This document shows, one piece after another, positions 20,066-28,365 of a stretch of 60,332 nucleotides of DNA. Under the pieces are notes generated by a model that was given only the letters and a program-made list of their open reading frames with translations, ran no database searches and was not told the origin of the DNA. The stretch is from a virus (Duplodnaviria > Caudoviricetes). The stretch lies in IMG/VR virus record IMGVR_UViG_3300043772_002998, positions 1 to 60,332 of that record; one strand, given 5' to 3'. The position numbers and the translations under genes are program-made. Position 1 is the stretch's first letter, and each line of letters begins with the position of its first letter.

Positions 20066-20725
20066 CTACCGGACAATCGGTAGCGTTACGCCTTCGCGGG
20101 CGAACAAGAACGCTCCGGGGGCGGTGAGGGATGATGGGATCAGTAGATCGACTGATTCGCCTTCCTCGGACCATAGGGTGCGTCGCTGGCCGATGGCCTT
20201 CCGATCGGCGATCAGGAACCCGCACCAGTGCTCACCATCCGCCCGCCATGGGGCGAGGATGAGAACGTCATCAGCGGCCCAGCAGAGGCGCGCTGGCGCC
20301 TTGTGGCCCTCGCCGGCCTGTTCCAGGGCCTCACACCATGGCCCGATCGCCCAGCCGGGCATCAGATCGCGCGCTACCAATGCCAGCAGGGCGGCACCAG
20401 CGGCAGCCGGCGGCAGGGGAGCTTCGGTGCGATCGGCGAAGAAACAGAAGTCATTCAGCTCAAAGGGCTTGCTGCGTTGCTTGCGGTCGCGGTTGGCTTC
20501 CGCCTGCAGCCATGCCAGCTGGGCGGTACTCAGCTCCGCGGCGTGGAGCGCTTCGCGACGGCTGCGGTGGCCCCTCTCGATCGCCTGGATGATGTAGCTG
20601 GCAGGGAGCTTCCCGAATCGTTCCCGGCTGGCGTCGGGGTCGGCAGGGTAGAAGAATCGGAACTGCCAGTAGAGTTCTCCCCAGTCGGGTCGGGGAGCGG
20701 TAAGGGTTCCGGCTGCAGCTTTCCC
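20066..20725 (-). CDS. -1 frameshift extension of the tail chaperone (gpGT-like)
   Basis: G GGA AAG at 20725-20719; the -1 frame is open (PDWGELYWQFRFFYPAD...) to the stop at 20066. Confidence 0.8.
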   Translation of the reverse strand, partial: GKAAAGTLTAPRPDWGELYWQFRFFYPADPDASRERFGKLPASYIIQAIERGHRSRREALHAAELSTAQLAWLQAEANRDRKQRSKPFELNDFCFFADRTEAPLPPAAAGAALLALVARDLMPGWAIGPWCEALEQAGEGHKAPARLCWAADDVLILAPWRADGEHWCGFLIADRKAIGQRRTLWSEEGESVDLLIPSSLTAPGAFLFAREGVTLPIVR

Positions 20726-21279
20726 AAGTCGGCCTCCAGCTGCGCCAGCTGTTCCTTCGGATCGGCGGGAGGATTCATCGCCATTTCTTCCAGCCAGGCA
20801 ACATCAGCAATGGCGCGTTGCAGGGTCGTCGGCAGCTCGCGGCTGTCGGCATCGGTCCATTCGCTGCAGCCCTCCAGCCGGCGCACCATAGCGGTCACGC
20901 GCCGTACGTTCTGATCTGCCGCTAGCCGCTTGTTCAGGTGGATCAGCGGGGTAGTGATCTGCCAATGGCGGATCTTCAGGTCCTGGTCTTCCTCGGAAAG
21001 GGGCTGGCCGATGCCAAACATACTGGCGACGATCCGCACCAGTGCATTTTGCGCTTCGACCGGTGAGATACCGGCGGCAGTAGCCAGGTCCACCGCTGCA
21101 GCACAGTTCTCTGTGTACTGGCGGTTTTCAGGATCGATCTCGCCGATGATCGCTGCCTCTTCGCCGGTGATCCATCCGTAGAGCGGGATCTGCAGGGTGC
21201 CGACGCGGTCATCCCCTACAGTGGCGAACGGCTCTTTGGGTTCCGCTGGCTTGACGATGAAGGGCAGCGGTTTGATCAT
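20530..21279 (-). CDS. Tail assembly chaperone (gpG-like)
   Basis: ATG 21279 overlaps the upstream stop; DLGK followed by a low-complexity S/T/P tail. Confidence 0.7.
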   Translation of the reverse strand: MIKPLPFIVKPAEPKEPFATVGDDRVGTLQIPLYGWITGEEAAIIGEIDPENRQYTENCAAAVDLATAAGISPVEAQNALVRIVASMFGIGQPLSEEDQDLKIRHWQITTPLIHLNKRLAADQNVRRVTAMVRRLEGCSEWTDADSRELPTTLQRAIADVAWLEEMAMNPPADPKEQLAQLEADLGKLQPEPLPLPDPTGENSTGSSDSSTLPTPTPAGNDSGSSLPATSSRRSRGATAAVAKRSTPRS

Positions 21280-21782
21280 TTGACGGTGCGCCATGCGTGC
21301 TGGAAGTTTACCCGAAACGTTTGTTGGATCGGGAAAACAGGGACTCCTGAGTATGGCACGAGACCAAGGGGAGCGGTGACAAACGGCCGGGCAGGCAGGT
21401 AGACCCGTTGCCGGGTCTTGTCACCCCATGGGTAGATGTAGGCGCCGTTGTGGACTGCGGTGCCGTAGTTGAGGGAGAACCGGAAGGTGGCGAGGGTGCC
21501 GGTAACGGTCATGCTGCCCGAGGCGCGCAACAGGCCCGTATCGACGATATTCCGGGGGCTGCCGACGGCCGTACCCTTGGTGCGGGAGCCGTCTTTGCGG
21601 TAGGTGCCGCCGCGGTAGGTGATGCGGCCCGGGGTCCACCGCCATACCGGGCTGCCCATCGTGTCGAGGATGTGTTCCCACGCCTGATCAAAGGTGATCC
21701 GGGCGGCCTGGTTGGCGGCAGCCTGCACACGCCGCGAGAATGCGGCATCCACGGTTACGCGGGTGCGGACAGTGGCTCTCAT
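21276..21782 (-). CDS. Tail completion / neck protein (HK97 gp10-like)
   Basis: VDTG.LRAS, Y...VH.G and PARPF motifs. Confidence 0.75.
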   Translation of the reverse strand: MRATVRTRVTVDAAFSRRVQAAANQAARITFDQAWEHILDTMGSPVWRWTPGRITYRGGTYRKDGSRTKGTAVGSPRNIVDTGLLRASGSMTVTGTLATFRFSLNYGTAVHNGAYIYPWGDKTRQRVYLPARPFVTAPLGLVPYSGVPVFPIQQTFRVNFQHAWRTVK

Positions 21783-22255
21783 CTGCCGTCCGCGAAGACG
21801 CCGGTGAACTCATCCCCAGCGGCAGCCCGCACGATGGCATCAATCCCGCCGGTGCCCGAGAGCGTGCCGATGGTGAACCACCCGCGGCGGCCATTGGTGA
21901 CAACCGGCAGCTCGCTCAGGGGCCCCTCCCATGCTTCCATGCGGATGCCGGCGACAAGGCCCGGGGGGCGCAGGCCGGTATCGGTCCAGGTCCAGGAGCT
22001 GCCGGCATCCAGCCAGGATGCGCCCGCAGGCAGCACCGCCCATCGGGTGATGTTGCCTTCCATGTTCTGCGACCCGATGTCAATACCGCCGGCATCGGCG
22101 CCAGCAGGGCCCGATGGTGTGGCGTCGATGTAGCACTCAACCACCACAAGGCGCGTACTGGCGGGCACCGGGCCATCGCGTAGGTTGACCGGCTTGGCGG
22201 TCGGGTCACGCCATAACAGGCGCAGGCTGGCGAACGGGGCGAAGGGGGTGGGCAT
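21779..22255 (-). CDS. Putative head closure protein
   Basis: Position and size only. Confidence 0.5.
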   Translation of the reverse strand: MPTPFAPFASLRLLWRDPTAKPVNLRDGPVPASTRLVVVECYIDATPSGPAGADAGGIDIGSQNMEGNITRWAVLPAGASWLDAGSSWTWTDTGLRPPGLVAGIRMEAWEGPLSELPVVTNGRRGWFTIGTLSGTGGIDAIVRAAAGDEFTGVFADGR

Positions 22256-22258
22256 GGG

Positions 22259-23146
22259 TCAGCGGTATCTATTCCTAGTATTGATTTCCATTCTCTTATT
22301 GGCATTCCCGACAACATCAAGCGCTTTGCGCCTTACGCTAAGGCTTTTCTCGGCTTTGGCGATTTGGCGCCTAATGGATTGAAAATTAGCCTCCATGGTT
22401 TTGGTTATCGCCTTTCCTTGCGCCTTGCGCTCTTTCGCTTGATTCTGCATCTTTATCGCTTTTGCTGTTAGCGCATTTTTGCTCCTTTCAATGCTTGTCC
22501 CCTCTCTGAAATTGGCATCGGCCCTCTTGGCCCTGCGAGTCATCGCATTCTCTGCTGCGTAGTATTTTGGTGAATACCTTGTTACAGAAAGGGGCTCGGT
22601 TCTGTCGGATGTCATCTGACGCGCTGCTTTGCGCTCCGCTCGCAAGGCCCCGGCCCTCTGCACGTCAGCCAGTGCCGTGTTCTTCTCTCTGGCTCGATCC
22701 TTGCCCCGCATTCTCAACCGTTCCTGCGGTGTCGCAATTTGTCCGGCTTTGTTGTATTTGTAGTAATCAGACGTTGCTGCCGGAGTTTTGGATGCCGGAG
22801 CCCTGCCCTTTCCGGTAAGTCCAGCGCGACCGCCAGCTTTCGCTTTTACCCTTGCCTCCATCGCTCCGGGCTTCAATCCCTTCGGCTTGGCAATCGTCCC
22901 TGCCCGCTGGCCCTTAATCTTCGCCGTCTGCGTCGCCCGCAGCTTACCGCTCGCCGTCCGCAACCTGCCGCCCCGGGCCGTCGCACCATCACCCGTGCCA
23001 GTGATCCGCCCCGCATTGTTTCGCGTCAGCCGATTCGTTCCCCTCTTGACCCGTTGCGCCGGTGGTCGCGCTGCCCTCGTGGTACCGCTTGACGAAAACC
23101 GCCCGCTGGCATCCCTGCTGTACTGCCTGCGACCACCTCGCGCCAT
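22259..23146 (-). CDS. Highly basic protein sharing its N-terminal motif with 17864-18445
   Basis: MARGGRRQYSRDASGRFSS and a second RNNAGRI; R/K-rich throughout; late motif at 23170-23178. Confidence 0.75.
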   Translation of the reverse strand: MARGGRRQYSRDASGRFSSSGTTRAARPPAQRVKRGTNRLTRNNAGRITGTGDGATARGGRLRTASGKLRATQTAKIKGQRAGTIAKPKGLKPGAMEARVKAKAGGRAGLTGKGRAPASKTPAATSDYYKYNKAGQIATPQERLRMRGKDRAREKNTALADVQRAGALRAERKAARQMTSDRTEPLSVTRYSPKYYAAENAMTRRAKRADANFREGTSIERSKNALTAKAIKMQNQAKERKAQGKAITKTMEANFQSIRRQIAKAEKSLSVRRKALDVVGNANKRMEINTRNRYR

Positions 23147-23167
23147 GAGTTGCTACCTATCTGTGCT

Positions 23168-23368
23168 CTAAGGTTTCCGCGCCTTCTTCTTCCCCTTCTT
23201 CGCCACCATCGCCGCTTCCGACAACGCGATAGCCACCGCCTGCTTACGGCTCTTGACCTTCCCGCCCTTCCCCGGGCCCGGCTTGCCGGTGTGCAGCGTG
23301 CCCATCTTGAACTCGTGCATCACGGCCGCCACCTTCTTTTGCGCAGCGGTCGGCTTCTTGGCGGCCAT
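23168..23368 (-). CDS. Small basic protein (DUF6496-like)
   Basis: KKVAAVMHEFK.GTLH.GK.G..VKSRKQA.AIALSEA; late motif at 23391-23399. Confidence 0.75.
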   Translation of the reverse strand: MAAKKPTAAQKKVAAVMHEFKMGTLHTGKPGPGKGGKVKSRKQAVAIALSEAAMVAKKGKKKARKP

Positions 23369-23407
23369 GGAACAAGGCATCAGTTACTCCGAGGTTTCCG
23401 CTCGCCC

Positions 23408-23950
23408 TCAGCTCCTCACCAGCCCCGAGTAGCCGAAACCGCCATTGGTGGTGGCCTGCGCATCCAACGCCAACGCATCCAGGATCCGCCATCGCAGCAT
23501 CGAAATCTCCGATCGCCGCTGCCCGTCCGCTGTGCTCGCCACCCCGCTGCCATTGCCGCCGACCCCGAACTTATACCGGACCTTGAGAACGCTGGTATCC
23601 CACGTGAGCTTGCCCGCCTGGCTCAGCTGCTGATCCCGCGTCGGGCTCGTGCCAGGGATCGGGCCCTCGTACTCCTCTGCATTCCCCAGGTGCGCCGTAC
23701 CCGCCTCCACCGCGCTCGTATGGTCCTGCTCCAACACGTCAATCTGATCCAGCCACCCCTGGATGGAAGCCACCGTAGGCGGGTAGCCCTCGGCGATCTC
23801 ATTCATCCGGCACGTCAAGATGTGCATGGCCTCGTAGTGGCCGCCCCAGCTGCAGTGCATCCTGATCAGCTCGCGATCGTCCACCGCCGCCGGTGGAGTG
23901 GCCAGCACGCTCCGCCAGAGGGCATTCAGCTCAGGCAATGGCAGGGGCAT
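23408..23950 (-). CDS. Putative head-tail adaptor
   Basis: ATG 23950 follows the late motif at 23977-23985; position in the operon. Confidence 0.5.
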   Translation of the reverse strand: MPLPLPELNALWRSVLATPPAAVDDRELIRMHCSWGGHYEAMHILTCRMNEIAEGYPPTVASIQGWLDQIDVLEQDHTSAVEAGTAHLGNAEEYEGPIPGTSPTRDQQLSQAGKLTWDTSVLKVRYKFGVGGNGSGVASTADGQRRSEISMLRWRILDALALDAQATTNGGFGYSGLVRS

Positions 23951-24004
23951 GGATCGATCGCACGGCCGGCTAGGTTGAGGTTTCCGGGAACACGAGCGGC
24001 CATC

Positions 24005-24034
24005 AAAAAGGGCCCCCTGCACAGGAGCCCCTTT
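24005..24034 (-). terminator. Rho-independent terminator
   Basis: AAAGGGGCTCCTGTGCAGGGGGCCCTTTTT on minus. Confidence 0.65.
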
Positions 24035-24301
24035 CGGTCAGTCACTACCCTAGCCGCTGCGCTCGTTTCCTAGGCCAGAGCAGCGACCGGGGCCCACCAG
24101 GGAAGGATCCTGCGTGCCCGACCCGCAAACCATATCACGGATTCCCGGGAGCGCCACCGGCTGATCCGCATGCAAGAAAGGGCCCCCAGAGAGCCCGTTT
24201 CTTCAAGAACGCAGGGGGCAGGCCACGTGATCAGCACGGGCCCAGCCTTTCATGTGGAAGCTTCCCTGCCCCACTGCTTGCCCACAATATCACGCCAGCC
24301 A

Positions 24302-24664
24302 TCACCAGAACGCTTTCCCCGCCCGGCGCCGCGGACCATCCAGCCGCGACAGCCAGAACCGACTCACAGGGTCGCTCAGGTTCACCAGCATTTCCGCTAG
24401 CCCTTGCGTTTCTTCATCCCCCAGGGTGGTAGCAGCCAGCCGGAGCCCCTGCCGCACCCCCTCCTCTGATCGGGTCAGCACGCCCGCGTACAGCGACAGC
24501 AGGAGCTGCAGCCGTGGGCATAGGTTCTCGGTGGTGGACTGGGGATCCGGTTTGTCCGCCCCGGTCAGGTCCGGCTCGTACCACGTGAACTTCCAGCCAT
24601 CGCCAGTCGCGTTATCAGTCGCATCCACTGGGGCATCTTGATCGGCGACGGCTGCAGGAACCAC
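24302..24664 (-). CDS. Hypothetical protein (start uncertain)
   Basis: 3' part of the 24302-25006 frame has protein-like composition; GTG at 24664. Confidence 0.45.
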   Translation of the reverse strand: MVPAAVADQDAPVDATDNATGDGWKFTWYEPDLTGADKPDPQSTTENLCPRLQLLLSLYAGVLTRSEEGVRQGLRLAATTLGDEETQGLAEMLVNLSDPVSRFWLSRLDGPRRRAGKAFW

Positions 24665-24728
24665 GCAAGGCGACGGCTGACGGCTTCCTGATCTTCTAAC
24701 GATTTGTTGATTTGCGCAACCCCTTGTA

Positions 24729-25799
24729 TCACACCACCGGCAACGCCGCCGTCTTGATGCCCGGGAACTGCCGCTTTTCCGATGGCGACGGCTTGCGCAT
24801 GTGTTCTTCCAGCACCTTTGACGCCTTGTCAAAGGGCCAGCTGTTTCCCTTGGCGAATGCCTTGACGACCTCTTCCTTTGACTTTTCCCAATATGCCGTG
24901 CGCAGCAACTGATCCCTAACTTCTGGATCCTTTTCTTCCACCGCTTCGGTTGATACTGGGGCGATACTGCACACGCAACGAGGATGCTGAGTTCCAACCA
25001 ATTCACTTAGCCTGTAGATGTTGCCGTGACGACTGGCGCAATACCTACAAACGTTTTCTTTCTTCGTCGCAATCCATCGTGCATACTGATACCCATTCTG
25101 CTCCGCCCGTGTCTTCTGCGCATTGACGTAGGCATTGCTCAGCTCACTCCTGGCGATCAGTTCCGCCCGCTGCAATAGGCCCATGGACTGGGTGAGCCCC
25201 TGCGGATCCCTTGCACCCTGCAGTGCCACCCGCACATCCTTTTCGATCGCCCGGAACCCCTGGCCACGGCCCACGCCGCTGGTGACGATCTGCGTCAACC
25301 GATCACGGAAGCTCTCCACCTCCGCCCTGATGTATGCGCTGGTGGTGTTGGCGGCAGCCCTGATCGCCTCACGGTTGGGGCCCACGAACGGCGACGCCGC
25401 TACGGTGCCCGGATCAGTCAACGCCTGCAGCTGCTGCCCCAGGTCGCCGCCAGCGTTGACGGCACGCTCTAGGTCCGCCTGGTATTGCCGCGTCAGTGCC
25501 TGCAATTCCGCCGGGGCTAGGAAGCTCTGCGCGATCCTTTGCAGCTCCGTCAGCTTCCGGCTCGACTCGGCGATGCTGTAGGACCGTGGCCGCCTCACGA
25601 CACCATCGGCTGATCGTTCCGCCGGCAGCTGTGGATCCACCGCCGCCGAATACCACCGCCGCAGATCCCGCAACGTCAACCGCATCGCCCGCAGCAATGC
25701 CCGGCGCGTGTTATCGGTCGCACGATCGCCGATTGCATCCAATGCCGCCGCGTAGTCATCCGCTAGCTGCAGCTGCTGATCGCCGATCGTGATGGTCAT
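24729..25799 (-). CDS. Head morphogenesis / minor capsid protein (SPP1 gp7, Mu F-like)
   Basis: RAELIARSE, WIAT..E.VC..C..RHG and HPRC.C motifs. Confidence 0.88.
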   Translation of the reverse strand: MTITIGDQQLQLADDYAAALDAIGDRATDNTRRALLRAMRLTLRDLRRWYSAAVDPQLPAERSADGVVRRPRSYSIAESSRKLTELQRIAQSFLAPAELQALTRQYQADLERAVNAGGDLGQQLQALTDPGTVAASPFVGPNREAIRAAANTTSAYIRAEVESFRDRLTQIVTSGVGRGQGFRAIEKDVRVALQGARDPQGLTQSMGLLQRAELIARSELSNAYVNAQKTRAEQNGYQYARWIATKKENVCRYCASRHGNIYRLSELVGTQHPRCVCSIAPVSTEAVEEKDPEVRDQLLRTAYWEKSKEEVVKAFAKGNSWPFDKASKVLEEHMRKPSPSEKRQFPGIKTAALPVV

Positions 25800-25802
25800 G
25801 GG

Positions 25803-27323
25803 TTAGGGCTGCGCTCCCCCTCCACTACCCGGCACATCCCAGGTGCTCTCATCATTCAGGTCAGGCAACGGCGCCTCCTCCTCTTCCATCGCCTTCTGCT
25901 CCCTATCCAGGGTCTCGACTTCATCGTCTGCCGTCCTGCCCTGCGGCAACAGGCCAGCGCGTGCCATAAGGCTTACCGCTGTCTTCCGCGTCGCCAGCGT
26001 AGCGTTATACCATTCCCGCACTTCACGTAGCGTATCAATATCAATCGGTTTCTCGACTAGACCCTTCTCCATTTCCAGCCCAGCATCCGGCGGCAGCTCC
26101 TCCCCGCTCATCTCCGCCCACAACGCCATCACGCTCTGCATTGCGGAAGCCTTGGCTTCCGCCACACCCGCCAGGGATGCGGTCAACTGAGCCGACGCCA
26201 GCACCGCTTCGGTGGCCGTGCGATCGGTCGTCGCGTTGCTCAGTAGAAATGCCAGCGTCTGGCGATCCATGAGCCCTTCCAGGTGCTCCAGGCTCTGCTG
26301 CCTGAGGCTAAGACTGCTGCCGCTGATCTCCTTCCAGTCAAAGTCCCCGTCAGCGTTGGGAATATCCACGATGGAATTGGGCCCGATCTCAAGCGGCATC
26401 GATCGCATCTGCCCATCCGGGCCGGTAACCGCTGGCACCCCCTTTCGCACACCGACCGGAAGCGCGCACTTATGAAGCAGCTCCTCCTGGTCTGAGTCCT
26501 TCCGGTACCAGGCCAGCGATAGCTCCGCCAGGTTCTGAAGCATCAGCAGACCACGGCCAAAGCCCTGCCCGATCGCCCCGGGATACCAGATCACCGGGGG
26601 AGCTTTTAGGGGCTCGCCGCCAGCACCCAAGAACTCCCCTTCTTTAACCACCTCCTCACGCCAGCTGCCCCGTCCTTTGCCCTCCACAAGCCGCAACAGC
26701 TGCCACGTGCCGCCAGTCATGACCCGATACAACGGCTCCAGCTTCACGCCGTACCGGCCGTCCTTCACCTCGTGGAACTCGCGCACCGTGACCGCAACCG
26801 GTACTTCCCTCCCGGCGATCGTCTCGGTTTGCCAGTTCAGCACCGCCGACCGTTCTGCCATCGTCAGCAACGGCCGCCGGCCCATCAGCCGCTCATCCCC
26901 CCGGTTGTCCACCTTGCCGGCAGGCATATCCACCAGAAGCAGACAGCCCTGATCACGTAGCACCAGCGCGTCCGCCTGCAGCGTGAACGCCTTTAGGCTT
27001 GTGCCCTGCCCGTCGATGTTATCTTGCGCCTCCTCAAAGCTCGGCGGCGCCGATCGCAACGACCACCGACTTAGCGCACCGGCAAAGCCAATGATCCCAT
27101 CACGGTAGAAGCTCGGGTACTTGGACCGCATGACGCGGCCCTTATATGCCCGCTGCGGTTCCTTCTGTTCCTGCGGCAAATACTTCGCCTTGACGCCACG
27201 CAACAGATCCCAGCAATCGCGCACCATTTCCAAGTCCGCGGCAACCTCCTCTAGGCCAGGATGCACAAAGCTTGGCAAACTGGGGTCGTCGGTTGGATGT
27301 GAGATTTTACCGGCCTGCGCCAC
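25803..27323 (-). CDS. Portal protein (DUF4055-type)
   Basis: KYLPQ...E....Y..R, NIDG.GTSL, LLVDMP, RTATE motifs; late motif at 27353-27361. Confidence 0.88.
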   Translation of the reverse strand: MAQAGKISHPTDDPSLPSFVHPGLEEVAADLEMVRDCWDLLRGVKAKYLPQEQKEPQRAYKGRVMRSKYPSFYRDGIIGFAGALSRWSLRSAPPSFEEAQDNIDGQGTSLKAFTLQADALVLRDQGCLLLVDMPAGKVDNRGDERLMGRRPLLTMAERSAVLNWQTETIAGREVPVAVTVREFHEVKDGRYGVKLEPLYRVMTGGTWQLLRLVEGKGRGSWREEVVKEGEFLGAGGEPLKAPPVIWYPGAIGQGFGRGLLMLQNLAELSLAWYRKDSDQEELLHKCALPVGVRKGVPAVTGPDGQMRSMPLEIGPNSIVDIPNADGDFDWKEISGSSLSLRQQSLEHLEGLMDRQTLAFLLSNATTDRTATEAVLASAQLTASLAGVAEAKASAMQSVMALWAEMSGEELPPDAGLEMEKGLVEKPIDIDTLREVREWYNATLATRKTAVSLMARAGLLPQGRTADDEVETLDREQKAMEEEEAPLPDLNDESTWDVPGSGGGAQP

Positions 27324-27372
27324 CAGCCGCCCCGCAATCTTTCTACTACCCTGAGCTTTCCCGAGCTAAACC

Positions 27373-28365
27373 CTAGACACCTAACCCCAGTTGCTCCACC
27401 ACTTCCGCCAGCTTCTCACCATCGACACCAGCGGCAGCCGCCATCCGCCGGGGCCGCTTGCTGCCGCCGATGCCGCGCTCTACCGAAAAGCCAAGCGGCG
27501 CCAGCTCTGCCTCTCCCCGCACCTGATGCCGACCGATGGCACCCTTGACGTGAACCGCGAATTGCCCGAGCGGTAGGCCCGGCACATGCCGCCGCTTGCC
27601 ATTCCAGCCGGCGACAATGGCATCCCGATCGCCGGGCTCCATCCGGTGCCATGCCCGCGTCGCAAGGTCATACAGGCCATTCAGCTCTGCGGCATCCTCG
27701 AACTCCTGATCTTCCAATACCTGGCCATTGCGCACCCGCGGTTCAGAGTCCAACCCAAGCACTTCATCCCAGTGCTTGAATTGCCGGCTGACGTGGAGCA
27801 TCTCGCGCACGTCCGCTTCCGTCAGAATCGCGCTACTGCTGCCAGCCCTTGCGCCAACCTCCTCCACGATCTCAGCCGCGCTCTTGCCGCTTTGCGCCAG
27901 CTTCCGCACCTTCGGCATGTACTCCCGCCAGCTGTGCGGGAACTTCACGGCATAGCCATAGTCCCGGATCCATTGCTTAATGGTGCCGACGATCTTCGGC
28001 ACCGCATGGGTTGAGAACTTATTGCCCCGGGATGGATCGAAGGTACGGGCAGCTTTGATCAGGCCCCACACGGCGGCATCGTGTAGGTCTTCCGCGGAAA
28101 ACTTGGTCTTGAAGCCCATCTGACGGGCAAATGACCGCGCCAGGTCCAGGTTGTTGACGATCAGTGCGTCGGACTCCGGCGTGCGTTTCGGCAGCCCATA
28201 GGCGTCTGTGGCGTCCGCATCCTCGGGGCTGGCATCATCCGCCAACTCAACCGGCGGCAGGTCTTCCGCGCCCTCCTGGGCCTCCACCGGGGGCGCCTCC
28301 ACCGCAGCCAATGCCGCCCGCCCGCTACGGCGCCCCCTGCCCCTCGGCGTTGCCGTTGCCGTCAC
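27373..28365 (-). CDS. Phage RNA polymerase sigma factor (sigma70 family, SigF/SigB-like)
   Basis: Region 2: LI..NL.LAR.FA...EDL......GLIKAA..FDPSRG.KFSTHA.P.I.G.IK..IRD....VK.P. Confidence 0.88.
   Translation of the reverse strand: MTATATPRGRGRRSGRAALAAVEAPPVEAQEGAEDLPPVELADDASPEDADATDAYGLPKRTPESDALIVNNLDLARSFARQMGFKTKFSAEDLHDAAVWGLIKAARTFDPSRGNKFSTHAVPKIVGTIKQWIRDYGYAVKFPHSWREYMPKVRKLAQSGKSAAEIVEEVGARAGSSSAILTEADVREMLHVSRQFKHWDEVLGLDSEPRVRNGQVLEDQEFEDAAELNGLYDLATRAWHRMEPGDRDAIVAGWNGKRRHVPGLPLGQFAVHVKGAIGRHQVRGEAELAPLGFSVERGIGGSKRPRRMAAAAGVDGEKLAEVVEQLGLGV

Noticed and set aside
20717-20725. Late promoter copy GGAAAGCTG
   Set aside because: Lies inside a gene and coincides with the slippery heptamer; the frameshift explains it
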